A DNA stretch of 64,000 nt from Candidatus Daviesbacteria bacterium (lineage in GTDB: Bacteria > Patescibacteriota > Microgenomatia > Daviesbacterales > UBA10151). Below the pieces are notes generated by a model that saw only the letters and a program-made list of their open reading frames with translations, searched no databases and was not told the origin of the DNA. Made by a program: the position numbers and the translations under genes. Shown piece after piece: positions 1 to 7,185 of this stretch (positions are counted from its first letter, which is position 1; each line of letters begins with the position of its first letter). Location: positions 322,477-386,476 of the forward strand of contig JACOXI010000003.1 in the NCBI GenBank assembly GCA_016176335.1, written 5' to 3'.

Positions 1-140
1 TGGAAGGGGTCATAAATGTTAAAACAAGCTACGCCAAAGCTGAAACAGAAATAGAATTTGACCCTGCCAAATTAGATGAGGAGCAAATTTTGGCAACCAT
101 CAAAAAATCCGGCTACACAGCCGTCCCTATTGAAACTTAA
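1..140 (+). CDS. 3' end of a gene encoding a heavy-metal-associated (HMA) domain; upstream part lies outside the window
   Basis: Frame starting at nt 3 translates EGVINVKTSYAKAETEIEFDPAKLDEEQILATIKKSGYTAVPIET and stops TAA at 138-140. This is a typical C-terminal half of an HMA/CopZ-type metal-binding fold. Confidence 0.55.
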   Translation, partial: EGVINVKTSYAKAETEIEFDPAKLDEEQILATIKKSGYTAVPIET

Positions 141-164
141 TACTAAATACTTAATACTGAATAC

Positions 165-1148
165 ATGCTGGATTTAATCTCTGTTGGTGATGCCACTATT
201 GATAATTTTGTCCAAATTCATGATGCGGAGGTAAAGTGTAATATTGACAAAACCGAGTGCAAGCTTTGCATTGATTATGGAGATAAAATTGCTGTTGATA
301 AGTTGACACACCTTGTTGCCGGTAATGCTGCCAATAATGCTATTGGGGGAGCAAGATTAAAATTAAGATCGGCAATTTATGTCAATGTCGGTTCAGACCC
401 CTCGGGTAAACAAATAACAGAAAAGTTAAAAGAAGAGGGTGTCAGTACAAGATATGTTGTGATAAACGAAGGCATGGAATCCAACTTATCTACAGTGATT
501 AATTTTCAGAAAGAGCGGACAATTCTTGTATATCACCAAGCCTGGAAGTATAAATTACCTGATTTAGATTCGGCAAAATGGATATATTTTACCTCCGTGT
601 CAGCATCTTTTACCGAGTCAAACTTGCTTAACGAATTAACAGTCTATTTGGAAAGAACCGGTAGTAAGCTCCTTTACAACCCGGGGACTTATCAAATGAA
701 AGCGGGAATTAAGAAAAATCCAAAACTTTTGGCCTTGACAGAACTTTTTATTGTTAATAAAGAGGAAGCAAAAAGGATTTTAGTTGGTAAAGATGATGCG
801 GATATCCCGATAAAGAAGCTACTTAAGGATATTGCGGACTTGGGTCCCAAAATGGTTGTGATCACAGACGGGGAAAAAGGATCTTTTGGATTTGACGGAC
901 AAAACTATTACCACTTGGGAATATTTCCTGCTAATTTAGTGGAAATGACCGGTGCGGGAGATGCTTATGCAACGGGTGTGTTGGCAGGACTTTTTCATGC
1001 AAAAAGTTTACCAGAGGCAATGAGATGGGGGGCTGCCAATGGGGCTGCTGTTGTTGAGCAAATCGGTCCCCAAGCAGGCCTCCTAACTTATGAGGGAATG
1101 CAGGAAAAACTAAAAGAAGATTCAAAGATTGTAGCTAAAGAGATATGA
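165..1148 (+). CDS. PfkB-family carbohydrate kinase (ribokinase-like)
   Basis: 327-aa ORF. It has the C-terminal anion-hole motif TGAGDAYATGVLAG and ribokinase-like N-terminal GG-containing region. Confidence 0.8.
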   Translation: MLDLISVGDATIDNFVQIHDAEVKCNIDKTECKLCIDYGDKIAVDKLTHLVAGNAANNAIGGARLKLRSAIYVNVGSDPSGKQITEKLKEEGVSTRYVVINEGMESNLSTVINFQKERTILVYHQAWKYKLPDLDSAKWIYFTSVSASFTESNLLNELTVYLERTGSKLLYNPGTYQMKAGIKKNPKLLALTELFIVNKEEAKRILVGKDDADIPIKKLLKDIADLGPKMVVITDGEKGSFGFDGQNYYHLGIFPANLVEMTGAGDAYATGVLAGLFHAKSLPEAMRWGAANGAAVVEQIGPQAGLLTYEGMQEKLKEDSKIVAKEI

Positions 1149-1372
1149 AAAAGTATACCCCATTTTTTAAAGTTACCCCCTATGACAAAAGAAAATATCT
1201 TCTACCAGAAGATAGGGATTATGAAATCTTGGATAAATGTAAAAGATTGGAAAAATCGAAATTAACAATAGAGGATAAGTATTTAGTAAAGTTTATAAAA
1301 ACACAGTTAAAGAAGGACTGGAGAAGACCATTATTGGTAGAACTGGATAGATTATTAAGAAAATATAGTTAA
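1145..1372 (+). CDS. small lysine-rich hypothetical protein
   Basis: 75-aa ORF whose ATG overlaps the upstream stop (ATGA). No recognisable motif. Confidence 0.4.
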   Translation: MKKYTPFFKVTPYDKRKYLLPEDRDYEILDKCKRLEKSKLTIEDKYLVKFIKTQLKKDWRRPLLVELDRLLRKYS

Positions 1373-1375
1373 ATT

Positions 1376-1507
1376 GTCATTCTGGGGACCCTGGCTTGTC
1401 CAGGGGACTCCAGAATCTTATATGGGTAAGGCAATGTATGTCTACATTAAAGAAGATTCTGGACAAGCTCGCCCCGTCTCCGACGAGTCGGAGCGGGCCA
1501 GAATGAC
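1376..1507. repeat. GC-rich structured intergenic element with nested inverted repeats (candidate small RNA or MITE-like element)
   Basis: Perfect 10-bp terminal inverted repeat gtcattctgg (1376-1385) / ccagaatgac (1498-1507). Perfect 11-bp inner inverted repeat tccagaatctt (1408-1418) / aagattctgga (1451-1461). Local hairpins are ccctgg-cttgt-ccaggg, aatgta-tgtc-tacatt and ctccgac-gag-gtcggag. GC is much higher than the flanks, and it lies between convergent genes. Confidence 0.35.
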
Positions 1508-1515
1508 AGAAAAAA

Positions 1516-3141
1516 TCAGTTTTTAATCATGTGATCAAGAGAATATTGGAAAGTAGCATCTACTTTTTTGTGGGGATTGAAGATATTTTTGGGGTCAAAG
1601 ATTTCTTTTACTTTTTTAAATAATTGGTAGACCTCTTGTCCATACATTTCGGGTAAATATGGACCTCTGATAAGTCCGTCATTGTGTTCTGCGCTCATGG
1701 AGCCTTTGTATTCAAAAACCAATTTAAAAACTTTTTCCATCAGTTCCGGAATGATTCTTCTGACGTCTTCCCTTGCAAGATCCATTAAAGGAATAATGTG
1801 GAAGTTGCCATCTCCTATATGACCTGCCAAAGTATAAACCAGCCTGTCTTTATAGGGAGTAATCAGAGCATTGAGTTTAGGCAAGAATTCCGGCAGATAT
1901 TGAGGTTTAACAATAATGTCATCAATAAAAGATGAGGCTTTGGCATTTTTTGCGTATTTCATAAGTAATCCAAAACTTTTATGCCTGATTAGCCAGTATT
2001 TTTCCTGACTTTCCGTGGTACCTTTTATTTCTGCTTTTAGATTAAACTCTGATATTGCCCTTTTTGCGGCGTTTGCCCTCTCCAAAGCTTCCTCAAAAGA
2101 GTCTGAAGAAAAGTTAGCAAGAAGTATCAAATTGGGTAATTGTTGTTTTTTATCAGAGAGTAAGCTGAAATATGCAAATAATCTATTGCTATGTTTAAAA
2201 TTAGCAGACATATCCCAGGCATGATCTAAAGCCAGTTTTAAAGTTTGGTCATCAAAACACTCAAAAGCTTCAGGTTTATATTCCAAAACCGCTTTTACAA
2301 CAACGTCAAGCTGTAACAGATCAGGTAGTGAGATTACCAGCAGGACTTGATGTTTTTTGGGTTTGATTAAGCTTAATTCTATTTCTGTAATAATACCCAG
2401 AGTGCCCTGGGAGCCAATAATTAATTTGCTTAAATCAAAATTATTGCCATCCCAAACTTCCCAGAGATCATAGCCTGTGGAGTTTTTAGAAGTTTGGGGT
2501 TTGGCGTTTTTTATCAATTGCTGATTTTCAACGATTAAATTATAGATTTCCGAGTATATTTTTCCCTCAAAATCTTTTTGAGCAATTTTTTTATCCAATT
2601 CAGCTTTATCTAAGGCTTTAAAAGTGTATTCGTTTCCGTCGGAAAGAATAACTTTCATGCTCTTAAGATACTTATTAATAGGTCCGTAGGTTAATTCCAG
2701 TTCCCCTCCGGCGTTGGTGGCAACCATGCCTCCAACTGTGCAAATTTCTCGAGAAGCCGGATAGGTTGGTAAAAGTAAACCCTTTTTTAATGTTTCTGTC
2801 TCAAAATCCCTATACAACATCCCCGGCTGCACAACTACCGAAACCTGATCCAATTTTATCAACTTATTAAGGTATTTTTTGACGTCCACAATCACCCCTT
2901 CGCCTATTGCTCCCCCAGTCATGTCCGTGCCTGCCGAGCGCACGGTGATAGATAAATTATCATTTAGATGGCCATTGACGTATTTAACAACTTTTTTGAT
3001 GTCTTGTGAATCTTTGGTAAAAACTACAACTTGTGGAGAAATTTCAAAAATAGAAGCATCTTTTGAATATGCAGTTAAGGTTTGGGTGTCATCTAAAGCC
3101 TCACCTTGTATGAGTTTTCGTAAATCACCTTTTATGGGCAT
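1516..3141 (-). CDS. FAD-linked oxidase (GlcD / D-lactate dehydrogenase-like FAD-binding oxidoreductase)
   Basis: 541-aa ORF. N-terminal FAD-binding PCMH-type region (VVFTKDSQDIKKVVKYVN, RSAGTDMTGGAIGEGVIVD) and C-terminal FAD-oxidase domain. Confidence 0.8.
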   Translation of the reverse strand: MPIKGDLRKLIQGEALDDTQTLTAYSKDASIFEISPQVVVFTKDSQDIKKVVKYVNGHLNDNLSITVRSAGTDMTGGAIGEGVIVDVKKYLNKLIKLDQVSVVVQPGMLYRDFETETLKKGLLLPTYPASREICTVGGMVATNAGGELELTYGPINKYLKSMKVILSDGNEYTFKALDKAELDKKIAQKDFEGKIYSEIYNLIVENQQLIKNAKPQTSKNSTGYDLWEVWDGNNFDLSKLIIGSQGTLGIITEIELSLIKPKKHQVLLVISLPDLLQLDVVVKAVLEYKPEAFECFDDQTLKLALDHAWDMSANFKHSNRLFAYFSLLSDKKQQLPNLILLANFSSDSFEEALERANAAKRAISEFNLKAEIKGTTESQEKYWLIRHKSFGLLMKYAKNAKASSFIDDIIVKPQYLPEFLPKLNALITPYKDRLVYTLAGHIGDGNFHIIPLMDLAREDVRRIIPELMEKVFKLVFEYKGSMSAEHNDGLIRGPYLPEMYGQEVYQLFKKVKEIFDPKNIFNPHKKVDATFQYSLDHMIKN

Positions 3142-4135
3142 AATTTTATGTTACCATAGATATGTGGAACAAAATCTGCCGGAGATTTTTGATACCATTG
3201 TTATTGGCGGGGGAGCTGCAGGTATTACTGCGGCAATTTATACAGTCAGAAAAAACCTCAAAGTATTACTGTTGACTAAAATTATTGGAGGGCAAGCTGC
3301 CCTATCAGGAGATGTAGAAAATTATCCGGGGTTTACCATGATTACTGGGGCAGATTTAGCCCGTAAATTTAGAGAAGATCTGATGAATTTTGAAAATAAA
3401 GGGCTATGGATTAAAGAAGGAGTTGAAGTGACTGATTTATCAGGCGCTGATCCTGACTTTATTGCCAAGACTGCTGATGGAGGTCAATATCACGGCAGAA
3501 CTGTGATAATTGCTTCCGGGAGAATCCCTAAAATGTTGGGTATTCCAGGCGAGAAGGAGTTATTTGGAAAAGGAGTGGCAACTTGTGCAACATGTGATGC
3601 ACCATTCTACAAAGACAAAGATGTGGCAATAGTTGGGGGAGGGAATTCTGCTCTGGATGCAGCTTTTTCGCTGCAAAAAGTTGCCCGAACTGTTGTAATT
3701 ATCAATACTACAGATACCTTGAGGGGAGATGAGATATTAATGAAAAATGTTACTTCCTCGCCAAAAGTTAAAGTTTTAAACAATCATGAGGCTTTAGAGA
3801 TTTTGGGTGATCAAGCAGTCGGAGGAGTAAAGATTAAAAACAGGCAAACCGGGCACCAACAAGTAATTCCTGTTTCAGGAGTATTTGTAGAAATTGGCTG
3901 GACTCCTGCAACTTCTTTTGATAAGTTAACAAATAAAAATGACAAAGGAGAAATAGAGGTAGATGAATATGGTGCAACATCAGTTCCTGGAATTTATGCA
4001 GCAGGGGATGTTAATGATGTTTGGGGAGAGCAAATTGTGATTGCGGCAGGTGAGGGTGCCAAAACAGCATTGCGAGTTGCAGAACATCTTTCAAAGGTTC
4101 CTCATCCAAAAACTTCAAATCTGCATGACGGCTAA
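3134..4135 (+). CDS. trxB: thioredoxin-disulfide reductase
   Basis: Dinucleotide-binding motif DTIVIGGGAAGITAA and redox-active CATCDAPF motif, followed by a second GGGNSALD NAD(P)-binding motif. The start is ambiguous: the ATG at 3134 overlaps the divergent upstream gene by 8 nt, and GTG at 3164 would give a more typical N-terminus. Confidence 0.85.
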   Translation: MGIILCYHRYVEQNLPEIFDTIVIGGGAAGITAAIYTVRKNLKVLLLTKIIGGQAALSGDVENYPGFTMITGADLARKFREDLMNFENKGLWIKEGVEVTDLSGADPDFIAKTADGGQYHGRTVIIASGRIPKMLGIPGEKELFGKGVATCATCDAPFYKDKDVAIVGGGNSALDAAFSLQKVARTVVIINTTDTLRGDEILMKNVTSSPKVKVLNNHEALEILGDQAVGGVKIKNRQTGHQQVIPVSGVFVEIGWTPATSFDKLTNKNDKGEIEVDEYGATSVPGIYAAGDVNDVWGEQIVIAAGEGAKTALRVAEHLSKVPHPKTSNLHDG

Positions 4136-4920
4136 TGGATATAGACTCTGGTGCCGGGATTTTCGGCTGTTGCCCTGACTACATTTTGGCCGGGTGGTAC
4201 AACAGGTCCGGCCCAATCAAAGATTTGGGCGGCATATGCAAGCGGTGAATTAACACACCCGTGACTCATTGGCTGGCCAAAATTGTTGTGCCAATACGCT
4301 CCATGAATAGCATAACCTTTGTAGAAGAACATATTATTAGGAACGTTTGGCAGGTTATAATAGGTACCTAATGTTTGTGAACCTCCAACCATGCTTTGGG
4401 ATCTAGTTTTGTACCAGATATTAAATGTGCCTTCGGGGGTTGGGGCCCACTTACCTGAAGAGATGGGAAATTCCATGACAATTCTCTTTCCTTCCCAAGC
4501 CTTAAGTCTTTGGTCCGAGAGCGAAATCTCTATCCATTTTTCATCTCCGGAAGTATTGGTGGTACCCAAAACCGCCTGATTTTGATTTTCTTCTGCTAAT
4601 TTTTTTGACTGCTCAAAACTGTAAGCAAGAGATGTTTTAGGGTAATTTATTATTTGGTTATCAAAAATTGCGGTTGATGAGTTTTCATCAAAATCTCCAT
4701 TTGAGGATAAGATCTGTTGAACTGTGCAACAGGAAGTCGTAGGGTCTCCTGATATGTGTAGTTTATAAGCAAGATCGCGCCTGATTGTTTGAAAGTTAAA
4801 TGCAAGATAAAAAAGAGCGGAGATTATTAAGATCGCGGGCAATAGACGGTGCAGCATATCAAAATTTATGCTCCGTCCAAGCATTAAATTAATTGTGGAA
4901 TAGAATAAATTGGACGTCAA
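4132..4920 (-). CDS. L,D-transpeptidase (YkuD domain) with N-terminal membrane anchor
   Basis: Catalytic signature YAIHGAYWHNNFGQPMSHGCVNSP (His ... Ser-His-Gly-Cys) of the YkuD family, with an N-terminal hydrophobic segment. Confidence 0.8.
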   Translation of the reverse strand: MTSNLFYSTINLMLGRSINFDMLHRLLPAILIISALFYLAFNFQTIRRDLAYKLHISGDPTTSCCTVQQILSSNGDFDENSSTAIFDNQIINYPKTSLAYSFEQSKKLAEENQNQAVLGTTNTSGDEKWIEISLSDQRLKAWEGKRIVMEFPISSGKWAPTPEGTFNIWYKTRSQSMVGGSQTLGTYYNLPNVPNNMFFYKGYAIHGAYWHNNFGQPMSHGCVNSPLAYAAQIFDWAGPVVPPGQNVVRATAENPGTRVYIH

Positions 4921-4949
4921 GAGGCAAGTTTTGTATGATAGAAAATTAC

Positions 4950-5867
4950 ATGAAAAAGTCCTTTTTTTTAGGTTCAGTTTGTCTGATAATTATTCTTTCT
5001 GCTCTTTTCCTATCACAAAATTTTAAAAGCGAATCTTCAAAACTCATTTCTCCCGTTCCCCACAGTAAAGTTTTAGGCGTTAATCTTTGGTTTCCCAAGC
5101 AAGTGTTCCAAAAAGAAGCTGATGAGCCAAAAATCACCGCAAAATCCGCTCTTTTTATAGAAACAAAAACAGGAGAGGTACTTTATTCAAAAGACGCCAA
5201 TAAAAAACTGCCCATTGCCTCACTTGTGAAAGTTATGACTGCTTTGATTGCTTTGGATCATAGGGGAATGGATGATAAATTTATTGTTTCAAAGCAAGCC
5301 TCGGAGATGGAAGCGGATAAAATGCTGCTTATTGCAGGAGAAAAGTTAACTTTGAAAGAATTGTTGTTTGGCATATTCTTAATTTCCGCCAATGATGCGG
5401 CAGAGGTTTTGGCCCAGGGTACAACAGGACAAAGAGATGAGTTCATAAAGCTTATGAATGAAAGGGGGAAACAACTGGGGATGAATGATACATATTTTGC
5501 AAACCCAACAGGATTGGATGAAGATTCTAATAATTCGTATTCTACAGCCTACGATTTGGCAATACTGACCAGGTATTTGATCAGGGAGCATCCGGAAGTT
5601 GTGGAAATATCAAAGACCCCGCATATTTATATTGACAGGACAGATGAACATCAGGATTATGATATGTATTCGGGAATAAATTTATTAACAACATATCCGG
5701 GAGTTGTTGGTTTTAAAACAGGTTATACGCCGGAAGCAGGTTTAACTCTAATTACTCTGGCAAGAAAAAACGGGCAAGAGGTTATTGGGGTTTTACTGGG
5801 ATCAGAATATAGAAGAGATGAGGCCAGAGAACTTTTGGATTATAGCTTCAAGAAATTAGGCATCTGA
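4950..5867 (+). CDS. D-alanyl-D-alanine carboxypeptidase (S11, PBP5/DacA-like)
   Basis: SxxK (ASLVK), SxN (SANDAA) and KTG (KTGYT) motifs in the correct order. Signal peptide [20 protein letters not shown]. The upstream in-frame ATGs at 4893/4935 are probably not the start. Confidence 0.8.
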   Translation: MKKSFFLGSVCLIIILSALFLSQNFKSESSKLISPVPHSKVLGVNLWFPKQVFQKEADEPKITAKSALFIETKTGEVLYSKDANKKLPIASLVKVMTALIALDHRGMDDKFIVSKQASEMEADKMLLIAGEKLTLKELLFGIFLISANDAAEVLAQGTTGQRDEFIKLMNERGKQLGMNDTYFANPTGLDEDSNNSYSTAYDLAILTRYLIREHPEVVEISKTPHIYIDRTDEHQDYDMYSGINLLTTYPGVVGFKTGYTPEAGLTLITLARKNGQEVIGVLLGSEYRRDEARELLDYSFKKLGI

Positions 5868-5910
5868 TAAAAATAATACTTGTAACAGTATAAGTTTAGG
5901 TGATATAACG

Positions 5911-6603
5911 TTGGCGATGTTTACTAATCAGAAAGTGTTGGGGGTGATCTTGATTCTGTTTATTCTGGGTGCGGTAGGCTATTTTTTTATGAGTAAGTTT
6001 AAAAAAGATACAGCTGTTTTCTCATCTCCTACCCCTACCCCTGCAAGTTTAGACTTTAACTTTAATCCGCAATCTGCCCAAAACCAGCAGACCGAACAGC
6101 AACCACAAGCCACAGAATTGCCTTTGGCTAAAAACAAAAGGTTGGATAAATTTCCAGGCATTTTAAAACCGGAAATTTTACAAAACAAAAAAGCGGTTAT
6201 CCAAACCAAAAAAGGCATTATTCAACTTCAGATTTATCCGGAAGCCTCAATGGCAGCCTCCAATTTTATGCTTTTGGCTGCCAATGGTTTTTATGACGGA
6301 TTGATCTTTCATCGGGTTGAAGATTGGGTAGTTCAAGGAGGTGACCCAATAGGTACAGGCGGAGGAGGGCCGGGATACCAATTCCAGGATGAGCTGGTGA
6401 GGAAGGATTACACAAAAGGGATTGTGGCGATGGCAAATAGCGGACCCAATACAAACGGCAGCCAATTTTTTATATTAAAGACAGATTATCCGCTTGAGCC
6501 CCAGTATACTATTTTTGGTGTTGTTATTACCGGTATGGATGTTGTGGAAAAAATTACTGTCGGTGATATTATGCAAAAAGTAGTTATTCAAGAATTAAAG
6601 TAG
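5911..6603 (+). CDS. peptidyl-prolyl cis-trans isomerase, cyclophilin type, membrane-anchored
   Basis: Cyclophilin core [14 protein letters not shown] ... GPGYQFQDE ... [19 protein letters not shown]. Preceded by a TM helix and a Q/P-rich linker. Confidence 0.85.
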   Translation: MAMFTNQKVLGVILILFILGAVGYFFMSKFKKDTAVFSSPTPTPASLDFNFNPQSAQNQQTEQQPQATELPLAKNKRLDKFPGILKPEILQNKKAVIQTKKGIIQLQIYPEASMAASNFMLLAANGFYDGLIFHRVEDWVVQGGDPIGTGGGGPGYQFQDELVRKDYTKGIVAMANSGPNTNGSQFFILKTDYPLEPQYTIFGVVITGMDVVEKITVGDIMQKVVIQELK

Positions 6604-6610
6604 CTTTCTG

Positions 6611-6677
6611 CTGTCAGTCATCAGTCATCAGACAGTCGTAATTTTAGTCTGAAAGCTGATAGCTGAAGTCTGATGAC
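6611..6677. repeat. inverted and direct repeats downstream of the PPIase gene (weak terminator-like hairpin)
   Basis: gtcatcagac (6624-6633) pairs with gtctgatgac (6668-6677). A direct repeat tcagtcatcag/tcatcagac is also present. There is no T-run, so intrinsic-terminator function is uncertain. Confidence 0.25.
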
Positions 6678-6678
6678 T

Positions 6679-6694
6679 ATACTATATATTGTAT
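6679..6694. promoter_or_regulatory. candidate NrdR box upstream of nrdR-nrdJ
   Basis: ataCTATATATTGtat matches the published NrdR-box consensus acaCwAtATaTwGtgt at 14/16 positions, with a perfect core CwAtATaTwG. It lies immediately upstream of a TTGACA (6696-6701) and an extended -10-like TGtTATGCT. Confidence 0.35.
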
Positions 6695-6738
6695 CTTGAC
6701 ATTAACAGATATCAACATGTTATGCTAAACTAGGTATT

Positions 6739-7182
6739 GTGAAATGTCCATTTTGTGCGAGTAATTTATCAAAAGTGGTAGATAAAAGATCGGTTGATAG
6801 CCGCGGGGAAATCAGGAGAAGAAGAGAATGTTTGAAATGCGGTAGGCGTTTCACAACTTATGAGGCCATGGCAGCCTTGGAGATCTCCGTCATTAAAAAG
6901 GATGGCAGAAGAGAACCCTTTGTGCAAGAGAAAATTAGGATGGGTCTTTTGAAAGCTTTGGAGAAGCGTCCTGGTATTGAGAAGGTCTCAAGCATTGTGG
7001 ATAGAATCGAGGCCAGGATCAGAGGACGGCATTTAAAGGAGATAGAGTCGCAGACTCTTGGAAAATGGGTTCTTTCCGAATTGAAAAGGTTGGACTCGAT
7101 TGCATATTTGCGGTTTGCATCTGTTTATCGGACTTTTTCCGACCCGAGAGATTTTAAAAGAGAGCTTGAGACATTAAATTAA
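6739..7182 (+). CDS. nrdR: transcriptional repressor NrdR
   Basis: N-terminal zinc ribbon MKCPFCASNLSKVVDKRSVDSRGEIRRRRECLKCGRRFTTYE followed by an ATP-cone domain. Confidence 0.9.
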   Translation: MKCPFCASNLSKVVDKRSVDSRGEIRRRRECLKCGRRFTTYEAMAALEISVIKKDGRREPFVQEKIRMGLLKALEKRPGIEKVSSIVDRIEARIRGRHLKEIESQTLGKWVLSELKRLDSIAYLRFASVYRTFSDPRDFKRELETLN

Positions 7183-7185
7183 AAA

